From Malacoraja senta (taxonomy: Eukaryota), in NCBI GenBank assembly GCA_038087875.1, contig CM075992.1:2544001-2608000 (forward strand): a DNA stretch of 64,000 bases. Direction: 5' to 3'. A program made the position numbers and the translations under genes. Positions within the stretch are counted from its first letter, which is position 1. Every line of letters starts with the position of its first letter. The notes beneath the pieces are model-generated. The model saw only the letters and a program-made list of their open reading frames with translations. It ran no database searches and had not been told where the DNA came from. Of this stretch, positions 26,233 through 38,092 are shown piece after piece.

Positions 26233-26751
26233 GTGAGTGAGGCCTTGTTTAATCTCAATTAGAAGCTAAATCATGGAGTGATACAGCGTGGAAACAGGCC
26301 CCTCAGCCCAACTTGTCCACACCGGCCAACATGTCCCAGCTACAGGTAGACAAAAATGCTGGAGAAACTCAGCGGGTGCAGCAGCATCTATGGAGCGAAG
26401 GAAATAGGCAACGTTTCGGGACAAAACCCTTCTTCAGACTGCACTAGTCGCACCTGCCCGCGTATTTCTAAACTAAAAAAAAACTAAGTACACTCACCTT
26501 GAAGAAATAAAGCTTACAAATATGTTGCCTTTGAGTCAAAGATAGACACAAAAAGCTGGAGTAACTCAGCTGGACAAGCAGCATTTCTGGAGAGAAGGAA
26601 TGGGTGACGTTTCTTGTCGAGATCCTTCACCCATTCCTTCTCTCCAGAGATGCTGCCTGTCCCACTGAGTTACTCCAGCTTTTTGTGTCTACCTTCGGTT
26701 TAAACCAGCACCTGCAGTTCCTTCCTACACATGTTGCCTTTGTGTCTGCAG

Positions 26752-27858
26752 GTCAGGGGTACCAACCCCAGCGAGGAGAACATCAACAGGAGAGTGTCGG
26801 AGCCAGTGAGACCCCAGGTGTGGAGTTTTGACGGATCCACAGAGTGTATGAAGTCCCTGTCGGCCTCCTTGGAAGAAACATCAGACATGTCCTCCGTGTC
26901 GACCAGCCAGGCAGACCTTGGAGATTCTGGGAGTGCCTCAAGTCACGAAGAAAACGTAGCGTCTCCAGAGATTCAGCGCCCGAATCCCAATGCTCCGAGC
27001 AACAGCAGTTCAGAGGAGCATGGATCACAGGACGACTCCTTGTCCGTTTCACCATCTGCCAAAGGCAACGAGAAGTGTAGAGGGATTCACTGGGATAAAG
27101 GGTCCTTACTAACTCAACCAACGGGAGCACTGACTGAAAATGGAGCCCTTCAGCCAGACACGACCGAGACAGGAAATGAAATACTGATTGAGGACTCGGC
27201 CTCCCAGGGTTCAGCTGCAGAGATCGGCGAGCTGAAACCCTCAGCAGAGGAATTCAAGGACCACCAAGAACAGGAGGTGGAACAAGACGAAGGTCCGGCA
27301 ACATGTGCAGAACAAAGATCCAGCCTAACCGAGCGTTCACCTCCACCAACAGCTCCAAAAACATCAACCACGCGGCAGAGAGCGCGGTTAACGTCGCAGG
27401 CGCTTGAAGGCAGTGGGGGTGAAGCCAACCTCAGTGTGGAGGAGGAAAGCTCCTGTAATCATGGTGCTGGGATAGCGGTGGAGGCTGGCAGCGAGGTGGA
27501 CCCCTCGTGTGTTCCCACTGTCCCAGCAACCAGCAAGGAGGCGGCAGCCCAAAGTGTGCAATCAGCCCTGTCCTATTTCCAAGCCCGTGCTGGCGAGAAA
27601 AAGGCCGAAATCGCCAGGGGAAAGGTTCGCCCAACGTCAGTCTCCTTTAGATGTGGAAAAAAGGAGTGGAAAGAAAAACTAGGTGAATCCTCCTGCAACG
27701 CCTCCACCACCCAGCCTCCTAGCGATGGGAGACCAGAAGAAACATTGTCTGTGGATCAGGAAGAACAAATACCAGAAACTGTATCAGCACCAGAGACGGA
27801 TCCAGATATTACAGCGGCCAAGAAGGTCTCGGAGCTGAAAAAGAGATTTGAAGCCTAG
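26752..27858 (+). CDS. DENND1C: DENND1C terminal coding exon (long S/E/P-rich tail)
   Basis: Open 368-codon frame after tgcag; ends KKVSELKKRFEA*, like the recalled DENND1C C-terminal KVAELKKCFE actin-binding motif. Confidence 0.9.
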   Translation, partial: VRGTNPSEENINRRVSEPVRPQVWSFDGSTECMKSLSASLEETSDMSSVSTSQADLGDSGSASSHEENVASPEIQRPNPNAPSNSSSEEHGSQDDSLSVSPSAKGNEKCRGIHWDKGSLLTQPTGALTENGALQPDTTETGNEILIEDSASQGSAAEIGELKPSAEEFKDHQEQEVEQDEGPATCAEQRSSLTERSPPPTAPKTSTTRQRARLTSQALEGSGGEANLSVEEESSCNHGAGIAVEAGSEVDPSCVPTVPATSKEAAAQSVQSALSYFQARAGEKKAEIARGKVRPTSVSFRCGKKEWKEKLGESSCNASTTQPPSDGRPEETLSVDQEEQIPETVSAPETDPDITAAKKVSELKKRFEA

Positions 27859-29685
27859 GAGCTGAATACATTTAGATTTTATTCCCCAGCATTGATGGAC
27901 CAGTGACAGAGTATAGACGCAAAATGCTGGAGTAACTCAGCGGGACAGGCAGCATCTCTGGAGAGAAGGAATGGGTGGCGTTTCGGGTCGAGACCCTTCT
28001 TCAGACTGGTCTCGACCCGAAACGTCACCCATTCCAGACTGTTTCATAGCCTTGACAAGGGCACCCACATAAGACGGGGCCTCAAGCTTGTGTCCAGGCA
28101 ACACTCATCACCTTGATATGTCCTCCTAAACATGTTGAGAAAATGAGCAGAAAGGTGAAGCTTTTTGATTTGTCGTTGATCTTTTCCTCACTCACACTTT
28201 TGGACTTTGAGCTGATGCAGTTGAAGGGGGCAGAGAGGCTTGTGGCTGGGGAGGGGGAGGCAGAAACAGAGGGAGGGAGGATGGGGAGAGTTGACCTTTC
28301 AGATGTTAGGCCAGTGTAATTTGGAATTTGCTGAATTGGGAGTGTGGCATGTAGCAGACAAGCCCACAGTTGTCATAATCTGCTGCCTCACAAACACAGG
28401 TTGGCCATTGAACAAGTATTTGTAACTGCAAAGATATGTTAATAATGAGAATACAACAGGAAGATAAATTAAAAGATTAAACTTTAGCCATGTTCTGATG
28501 TGCAAACTTTCAAGATGGTAGGATGTTAAGAAAACTCTTTACAAAATACTTAAGGGGGGGGGGGGGAAACATGGCTCTTTAAACTGTGTGAATGCAAAGT
28601 TCTGCCAAAGTGTTGCCAACATCTAATGAGACCCAACTGGAAGGTTGTGTCCAATACTAGACTCCACACTCAAGGAATTTAGAGCCCGATAATTAATGCA
28701 ATACGACCAAGGACAAGTACTACCAAGGTTCACTTAACTAGAGAAAGGCACAGGAAACTGGAATTGATCCCTTTTAGAGGAAAGTTAACACGTTCAAAAT
28801 CACAAAGGTCTTTGATAGAACTAGGCTAGAGATTTTTAGCAACAGAGTGCATTCTGAAAAGAAACTTCAATAAAAGCTTTCAAAAAGTGGAAATATTTAT
28901 TGGGCAGTTGGGAAAGAACAAAATGGGATTCTTCAGAGAGTTTCAATCTCTATTTAGCTACATGCCTTGTGTGGAGTACAATGCTTGAAATGTAATCAGA
29001 TTTTACCATACTGACCTGTGGCCTGGTGAGGATAATGTGCAGCAAACTAGCTGGTTACGTTCAGACAGGAAACGTTGCACCAAAGAGGAAATGATGCATT
29101 AACATGTTGAGGAGATTTCAAACCTCAACCATGGTCACTGTTGGAAACACAGCAAGATAAATCTCCTGTTGCCTTTAAAATAAGCAGTAGGTGAGGGATA
29201 ATTATTGACGTTGCCTGCACATCTTCTTGCAACCTCACTTCCCCACAACTCATGCTTGAAACAGTGACACACCACAGCTTCCAAGATGGCCGCCCAACCC
29301 AGGCGACTATTTTCCTGCTGGCCACAGCAGCAGATCTACAGTCACATTACAATCGCTCCACTCTTAAATCCGTATTCCGACAGCAACATTTCTTACTCTA
29401 ACTATGATCTTATCTGTACACTGAAAAATTTGATTGATTGTAATCGCGTATTGTCTTTCCGCTGACTGGTTAGCACGCAACAAAAGCTTTTCACTGTTCC
29501 TTGGTACACGTGACAATAAACTAAACTGAACTTTGACTGGAACCAATGTATCCAACTACAATAGTACAGAACTCTTCAGTATCCAGTAATTATCCAAATC
29601 CTCTCTGCAATTCCTCTATCCAAACACCACCACAATCCTATGATTGTTCCCCAATTTAATCTAACAGAATGAAAGTACAGGGTTA

Positions 29686-29984
29686 AGCCCCTGTCCCACT
29701 TTCCCGAGTTTCTCACGAATTCTCCCGAGTTTTCCCCTTGCTTCAAACTCGGAGAATGTCCGTAGCGAGTCCGTAGGAGGCCGTAGATATTTCGTAGCGG
29801 CTCGTAATGCCAGCCGTAGGTACTCGGGGCATCAGGTAAGTCAGGACGTTTTTTCAGCAGATTGAAAAATGTCCACGAGTAGCCCTGAATACCTACGGCT
29901 GGCTATTACCGTAATTCTCCGAGTTTGAAACAAGGGGAAAACACGGGAGAGTTTGTGGTAACTCGGGAAAGTGGGACAGGGGCT
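29686..29984. mobile_element. PIF/Harbinger-type MITE
   Basis: TIR agcccctgtcccactttcccgagtt; TTA TSD. Confidence 0.82.
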
Positions 29985-32868
29985 TTAATGAAGCAATTCA
30001 GACAGCCCCACTCTAACGAGCAAGGTTCGACTATTACTGGTTTGCAACACGAGTTGTGAACTTACAACGTGGAAGCTAAATACATTACCATGGTACAAAG
30101 GAGTGCAAATTCATTATCGCACTTAATATAAATACTGTGTAGGAAGGAACTGCAGATGCTAGTTTACACCGAAGATAGATACAAAAACCCGGAGTAACTC
30201 AGCGGGTCAGGCAGCATCTCTGGAGAAAAGGAATAGCTGATGTTTCGGGTCGGGGCCTTTCTTCAGGTGGAGAATCGGGGGGGGAGGGAACACAGAGATA
30301 TGAAAAGGTACATCGAACAAATGAATGAAAGCTGGACCATTAATGCTCCCGCTCACAGGGTTAAAATCCCCCCAATCTTGTCTATATTTCTTTCTTTTTT
30401 TAAATCAAAACACAATGACAGAGAGAAATTATCCATTTCTGATGAAAGAACCTCTGCTGTCAGGGGTTATGGGGAGAAGGCAGGAGAATGGGGTTAGGAG
30501 GGAGAGATCGATCAACCATGATTGAATGGTGGAGTAGACTTGATGGGCCGAATGGCATAATTCTACCCCAATTCCTTATGAAAGATCCTTTACCTGAATT
30601 GTTAACATCTTCTCTCCCTCCTGATGGCACCAAACCTGCTGCCTACACCCAGCACTGGTTTTTATTTCAGATTTCCACGATCTACAAGATAGACACAAAA
30701 AGCTGGAGTAACTCAGAGGGACAGGCAGCATCTGTGAAGTGAAGGAATGGGTGACGTTTCGGGTCGAGACCCTTCTTCATCTACAACTCTTTTTGATTCG
30801 GATGTATCCCGAATTGAATAGGGGATGGGTTTGTGGATATTGAACCCAGCTTTATGTAGTTTCCCAGCCTCCAGTTCAAGCGCCAGTTAGAACTATGTTC
30901 AGCCACACATACTCTGGTCTATAACAAGAGTGGAGCTTTGAAAACCACAGCAATTGCCTGCACAGAACTCTCACCTTTTGATTCATGATCCACTGAACTA
31001 ACTGAATTTGCTTGTTCAGCTGAAGCAATATTATTGGGGGTCAGTATAACTGAACCTAGATTCTGGCCCCTTAATGGTCAGCACTTGAGTTGATGGTATT
31101 ACATGTAATGAGACTTGATCAACTTGCTACCAGTTAAGTTTCTCCCAAGTACAAGCCCTGGTGAAGAAGTGAATGAACACATGACAAGTTTACAATATCA
31201 AATTCTATTATCCACTTGAACAATCATCGAGAAAAAAGTCATAAAAAATAGTAAATGATTTTCTTTTAGACAAAGTGCATACAAAATGTATTAATAAAAC
31301 AGCATGGAGTGCGTGTACAATTTCTGACTTTAAAAATAAGAAGCCAAAATATCAGAGTACGGACGTCTTAATCTCAGTTTGATTGTGGCATAAATCCGTG
31401 CAGAGTTTACTTAATATCAGAGGTCTTTGGCCCCTGATACATACTAGTCCAGTGTTCACACAACAGCAATTAACTTCCGAGCATTGAAGAGATTTAAATT
31501 TACACATTGCCGTTGAAAACAGCTATAATCTAGGGAATAGGGGGTCTGGTCTCTTTGCTGAATGTACGCTAGGTCTTTAAAAATATAAGTAATTATCTAG
31601 TGCAAGAAAGTTACATTAAAATCAGCAACAGAAAAATAAGTGGTTCAAAATTTCCCGTTGAGGTATTAACACTTGCCCTTTCCCACTTATGCATTCTGTG
31701 GTGTTCATATTGCTTTTTCATCCACCCATTGACATCTTCCAGTGACTAATAGCTCTACCTTAGAGGACCCACTTGGCTAAAAAGGGACCGTTAGTGGCTG
31801 AACAGGGAATAAAGTAACCCCGCACCAGAATCTGTGCATCCTAAATTATACTGCAATAATGCTGAACTATTAATATGCAGTAGGCATAAACCAGCAGTTT
31901 CCATTACAGCGAAGACACAAGGAACTGCAGATGCTGGTGTACCTTAAACAGATACAAAGTGCTGGAGTAACTCAGCGGATCAGGCAGCATCTCTGAATGT
32001 TTCAGGTTAGGACCCTACTTCAGACTGTTGCCTGACCTGCTGAGTTACTCCATCACTTTGCCTTAGTGTCCAGTACAGATTCCTTTAGAGAAAAATATAC
32101 AAACTAACATTATTTTAAATTACAAAGTCATTGAGTCAATGAAGGTTCCTGGTGATGCAAAGATCACGGCTGAAATCCATGACTTTCCACCAGGCAATGT
32201 TGGCTCATTGATACCACTTAAGTAGCGAGAGATTGCCTGTAAAGGGGAGGCAAGGCCATGGACAACCCGGGTATTAGTGGGATTACCAATCGTTACCAGT
32301 GCCTGCTGCCATGTGCCGACTCTCAATTCACCACGCTGCAGCTTTGATCGTGGGAGAGATGCTTTGCTGGTACTGGGTCTACGAGTATACGAGGTTAGAT
32401 TATTGTCTGCTTCTAATTTCAAGGGAGAGTGTCTGCAACACAGCCCCAGTCACAGTTCAGCTTAGCTGTCCCGTCTAAAGATCTCAGAGAAATGCCTCGT
32501 GTCCTTATCCTCCCAATCTGTTCACTCCGGGTGTTATCCCAGGGCAGCCAGCAGTTCAGTTACGGGCGAGGCAAACATGTGGTTGGGCCACTGACATCCC
32601 CCCCCAGACTACCTGGGCAGTGTAACCCCATCATTCCAGTAGTCCCCAGCTATCGGAAAGATATCACGGTCAAGGGGAAATACCGTCAGATAATCAGCTG
32701 GATATCCTTAACTTCTCGACCCTCATGATAAGGGCAGAGATCACAGAGTCTCTCTCTCACTCAATCAATGACAATCCCCTACAGAAAACAAGTGACAGTG
32801 TTGGACTTTTTTAGCTCCGACTGTTTCCAGCATCAGTTCCGTGGGCCGAGCGGTCTCTGGGCGCCCGG

Positions 32869-33063
32869 CTAGATGAGCCGCTCCTCGGGAGGCATCTTCA
32901 GGCCGTGCTGGGGCAGCGCCCGTGCTCCACTCTGCTCCAGTTGGCTTGGGTTGTACGTGCCCTCCTCCCTCCGCTTTCCCTTCAGCTTCACGATGCCCAG
33001 CGCGAGGATGATGGCGATGAGCAGCAGGCCCCCGACCACGCAAGGAACCACGATGGCTGCAAC
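32869..33063 (-). CDS. CRB3: Crumbs 3 terminal exon (TM helix + cytoplasmic tail)
   Basis: VAAIVVPCVVGGLLLIAIILALGIVKLKGKRREEGTYNPSQLE...MPPEERLI*; FERM-binding GTYxPS and PDZ-binding ERLI. Confidence 0.95.
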   Translation of the reverse strand, partial: VAAIVVPCVVGGLLLIAIILALGIVKLKGKRREEGTYNPSQLEQSGARALPQHGLKMPPEERLI

Positions 33064-33691
33064 CTGTCAAAGCCCGTAGAGGCACAGGTCAATAACGCAG
33101 TTACCCCTCACACCCCACCCCCACCCGCTGAGTTACTCCATCACATTGTCTTAGTGTCCAGTACAGATTCCTTTAGAAAGAAATATACAAACTAACATTA
33201 TTTTAAATTACAAAGTCATTGAGTCAATGAAGGTTCCTGGTGATGCACACACACACCACCCCCACCTCACAGCTACCCCCCTCCCCACAGCGTGCGTTTT
33301 GATACCATTCCCTTATCTCCATACCCCAACAAACGCTGGCACTAATTATGTACACAGTCCCAGTTTTCCTCCTCCAGAGTTCCAGCAATCACCTCCCATT
33401 GTCATGCCGCAGAAAGCCCACGCAGGCCACAGGGGGAACCTGCAAACTCCGCACAGACAGCACCCGTACTCGAGAATCTCCCAACACCCCCACCCCTCCC
33501 CACCCTCAATCAATCACAACACTCTGCTCTGATAATATAACAACCAATTCCCAATGTTAACGCTAGATTAGCCGGAGGCCACAGCAGGGTGGGAGGTTAT
33601 GGCCGTTCTTCATCTGAAGGCACATTGATCCAAATCGCCATTGAAGACCCAACCTTCACCCTCGGCTCCATTGGTGGAACCGTGGCTAACA

Positions 33692-33876
33692 TTAAATCCA
33701 AGATAGAGGCAAAATGCTTGAGTAACTCAGCGGGGCAGGCAGACTGATCAGTCTGAAGAAGGGTCTCGACCCGAAACGTCATCCATTCCTTCTCTCCAGA
33801 GATGCTGCCTGCCCCGCAGAGTTACTCATTTTGTGTTTATCTTCGATTTAATCCAGCATCTGCAGTTCTCTCCTAA
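33692..33876. mobile_element. Penelope-terminus insertion, family B (representative; others near 2210, 3915, 9180, 10238, 15075, 23372, 25790, 26538, 27912, 39034, 47506, 51503, 54533, 59770)
   Basis: CTGAAGAAGGGTCTCGACCCGAAACGTC at 33753-33780, then ccattccttctctccagagatgctgcc...gcatctgcagtt, preceded by an inverted partial copy. Confidence 0.8.
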
Positions 33877-33926
33877 CATTAAACCCTGCCGCACAAACAA
33901 ATCGAACACCGAAGAGAAAGACTTAC

Positions 33927-33979
33927 TGGCGTTTTGGATTGTGTCGCCAATGTGGGAGATGGAATCGTCGTGCTGTTCT
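33927..33979 (-). CDS. CRB3: CRB3 middle coding exon (short S/T-rich ectodomain)
   Basis: ttttcctcacag|AG AAC...CCA|gtaagt; (E)NSTTIPSPTLATQSKTP with N-glycosylation sequon; phase 1 to 0 links the flanking exons. Confidence 0.85.
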
Positions 33980-34469
33980 CTGTGAGGAAAAGTTAAAAGA
34001 TTGTTTCAAAATATACATCAAATAGATAACTAATAACTGAAATCTTTGCAGTCACAGTGAGAGCATGCAAACTACACACAACGAGCACCCAGAGTCACAA
34101 GCGAATCGGGGCCTCTGGCATTGTGCAACAGCAGCACTAACTGCTGCACTACCACGTCTCCTAACTTCCTTAGTGGACAAAGACCATCAGTCTAAATTTA
34201 AAAAAAGGCTAAGTTGGAGGAGGAGAAAGCTTTGAGAAATTGATTCTATAAAGGACAGCACAGGCCCCTTGGCATAGAGTGATAGTGTGGAAACAGGCCC
34301 TTCAGCCCAACTTGCCCACACTGACCAACATGTCCCAGCTACACTAGTCCCACCGCCTGCATTTGGCCCATATCCCTCCAAACCTGTCCTATCCATGTAC
34401 CTGTCTAACTGTTTCTTAAACGTTGGGATAGTCTGGCAGCTTGTTCCATACACCCACCACCCTTTGTGT

Positions 34470-37400
34470 GCATTCCATGGGTGACTCGGCAGCACAGGAG
34501 GGGAGAAAAAAGAGTGGAAGGGCAATAGTAATAGGGGATTCCATTGTAAGGGGAATAGATAGGCGTTTCTGCGGCCGCAAACGAGACTCCAGGATGGTAT
34601 GTTGCCTCCCTGGTGCAAGGGTCAGGGATGTCACTGAACGGCTGCAGAACATTCTGGAGGGGGAGGGTGAACAGCCAGTTGTCGTGGTGCATATTGGCAC
34701 CAACGATATAGGTAAAAAAAGGGATGAGGTCCTACAAGGTGAATTTAGGGAGCTAGGAGATAAACTTAAAAGTAGGACCTCAAAGGTAATAATCACTGGA
34801 TTACTACCAGTGCCACGGGATAGTCAGAGTAGAAATAGGAGGATATTGCAGATGAATACATGGCTTGAAAAATGGTGCAAGGGGGAGGGATTCAAATTTC
34901 TAGGGCATTGGAACCAGTTCTGGGGGGAGGTGGGACCAGTACAAACAGGACGGTCTGCACCTGGGCTGGAATGGAACCAATGTCCTTGGGGGAGTGCTGT
35001 CGGGGAGGATTTAAACTAATGTGGCAGGGGGATGGGTGCAAGAGCAGAGAGGCAGAGGGGTGTAAAATGAGGGTAGAAGCAATAGGTAGCAAGGTGAAAA
35101 GTAAAAGTGGCAGGCAGACAAATCCAGGGCAAAAATCAAAAAGGGCCACTTTTCAACATAATTGTTTAAGGGGTAGGAGTGTTGTAAAAACAAGCCTGAG
35201 GGCTTTGTATCTTAATGCAAGGAGCATTCGTAATAAGGTGGATGAGTTGAATGTGCAGATAGTTATTAATGAATATGATATAGTTGGGATCACGGAGACA
35301 TGGCTCCAGGGTGACCAAGGCTGGGAGCTGAACATCCAGGGATATTCAATATTCAGGAGGGATAGACAGAAAGGAAAAGGAGGCGGGGTAGCGTTGCTGG
35401 TTAGAGAGGAGATTAACGCAATAAAAAGGAAGGACATTAGCTTGGAGGATGTGGAATCGATATGGGTAGAGCTGCGAAACACTAAGGGGCAGAAAACGCT
35501 AGTGGGAGTTGTGTACAGGCCACCTAACAGTAGTAGTGGAGTTGGGGATGGCAACAAACAGGAAATTAGAAATGCGTGCAACAAAGGTAAAACAATTATA
35601 ATGGGTGACTTCAATCTACATATAGATTGGGTGAATCAAATGGCAGGGGAGCTGAGGAAGAGGATTTCTTGGAATGTATGCGGGATAGTTTTCTAAACCA
35701 ACATGTAGAGGAACCAACAAGAGAGCAGGCTATTCTAGACTGGGTATTGAGTAATGAGGAAGGGTTAGTTAGCAGTCTTGTTGTGCGTGGCCCCTTGGGC
35801 AAGAGTGACCATAATATGGTTGAGTTCTTCATTAGGATGGAGAGTGACATTGTTAATTCAGAAACAAGGGTCCTGAACTTAAAGAAAGGTGACTTTGAGG
35901 GTATGAGACGTGAAATGGCCAAGATAGACTGGCAAATAATTCTTAAAGGGTTGACGGTGGATATGCAATGGAAGGCATTTAAAAACTGCATGGATGAACT
36001 ACAACAATTGTTCATCCCAGTTTGGCAAAAGAATAAATCGGGGAAGGTAGTGCATCCGTGGATAACAAGGGAAATCAGGGATAGTATCAAAACAAAAGAT
36101 GAAGCGTACAAATTAGCCAGAAAAAGCAGCCTACCAGAGGACTGGGAGAAATTCAGAGTCCAGCAGGGGAGGACAAAAGGCTTAATTAGGAAAGGGAAAA
36201 TAGATTATGAAAGAAAAGTGGCAGGGAACATAAAAACTGACTGCAAAAGATTTTATAGATATGTGAAGAGGAAAAGATTAGTTAAAATAAATGTAGGTCC
36301 CTTGCAGTCAGAAACAGGTGAATTGATCATGGGGAACAAGGACATGGCAGACCAATTGAATAACTACTTTGGTTCTGTCTTCACTAAGGAAGACATAAAT
36401 AATCTGCCGGAAATAGCAAGGGACCGGGGGTTAAATGAGATGGAGGAACTGAGTGAATTCCAGGTTAGCCTGGAAGTGGTGTTAGGTAAATTGAATGGAT
36501 TAAAGGCCTATAAATCCCCAGGGCCAGATAAGTTGCATCCCAGAGTACTTAAGGAAGTAGCCACAGAAATAGTGGATGCATTAGTGATAATTTTTCAAAA
36601 CTCTTTAGATTCTGGAGTAGTTCCTGAGGACTGGAGGGTAGCTAATGTAACCCCACTTTTTAAAAAGGGAGGGAGAGAGAAAACGGGGAATTACAAACCA
36701 GTTAGTCTAACATCGGTGGTGGGGAAAATTCTGGAGTCAGTTATTAAAGATGGGATAGCAGCACATTTGGAAAGTGGTGAATTCATTGGACAAAGTCAGC
36801 ATGGATTTATGAAACGTAAATCATGTCTGATGAATCTTATAGAATTTTTCGAGGATGTAACTAGTAGAGTGGATAAGGGAGAACCAGTGGATGTGTTATA
36901 TCTGGACTTTCAGAAGGCTTTCGACAAGGTCCCACATAAGAGATTAGTATGCAAACTTAAAGCACGCGGTATTGGGGGTTCAGTATTGATGTGGATAGAA
37001 AACTGGCTGGCAGACAGGAAGCAAAGAGTAGGAGTAAACGGGTCCTTTTCAGAATGGCAGGCAGTGACTAGTGGGGTACCGCAAGGCTCAGTGCTGGGAC
37101 CCCAGCTATTTACAATATATATTAATGAACTGGATGAGGGAATTGAATGCAACATCTCCAAGTTTGCGGATGACACGAAGCTGGGGGGCAGTGTTAGCTG
37201 TGAGGAGGATGCTAGGAGGCTGCAAGGTGACTTGGATAGGTTGGGTGAGTGGGCAAATGCATGGCAGATGCAGTATAATGTGGATAAATGTGAGGTTATC
37301 CACTTTGGTGGCAAAAACAGGAAAGTAGACTATTATCTGAATGGTGGCCGATTAGGAAAAGGGGAGATGCAACGAGACCTGGGTGTCATGGTACACCAGT

Positions 37401-38092
37401 CATTGAAAGTAGGCGTGCAGGTGCAGCAGGCAGTGAAGAAAGCAAATGGTATGTTAGCATTCATAGCAAAAGGATTTGAGTATAAGAGCAGGTAGGTTCT
37501 ACTGCAGTTGTACAGGGTCTTGGTGAGACCACACCTGGAGTATTGCATACAGTTTTGGTCTCCTAATCTGATGAAAGACATTCTTGCCATAGAGGGAGTA
37601 CCGAGAAGGTTCACCAGACTGATTCCTGAGATGGCAGGACTTTCATATGAAGAAAGACTGGATAGACTCAGCTTGTACACGCTAGAATTTAGAAGATTGA
37701 TGGGGGATCTTATAGAAACTTACAAAATTCTTAAGGGGTTGGACAGGCTAGATGCAGGAAGATTATTCCCGATGTTGGGGAAGTCCAGAACAAGGGGTCA
37801 CAGTTTAAGGATAAGAGGGAAGTCTTTTAGGACCGAGATGAGAAAATCATTTTTTACACAGAGTGGTGAATCTGTGGAATTCTCTGCCACAGAAGGTAGT
37901 TGAGGCCAGTTCATTGGCTATATTTAAGAGGGAGTTAGATGTGGCCCTTGTGGTTAAAGGGATCAGGGGGTATGGAGAGAAGGCAGGGATGGGATACTGA
38001 GTTGGATGATCAGCCATGATCATATCGAATGGCGGTGCAGGCTCGAAGGGCCGAATGGCCTACTCCTGCACCTATTTTCTATGTTTCTATGT
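34470..38092 (+). mobile_element. CR1-clade LINE (HER1-like), near complete but inactivated, antisense within a CRB3 intron
   Basis: ORF1 SGNH esterase (GDSIV...HIGTND); ORF2 APE (YLNARS, ITETWL, GDFN, SDH) and RT (GVPQGSVLGP, FADDTK); frameshifts near 34930, 35640 and 37860; stop at 37493-37495; (tttctatg) tail. Confidence 0.93.

Noticed and set aside
35627..37495. 622-aa RT ORF as an active or domesticated gene
   Set aside because: Internal piece of CR1 ORF2 bounded by a frameshift and a premature stop
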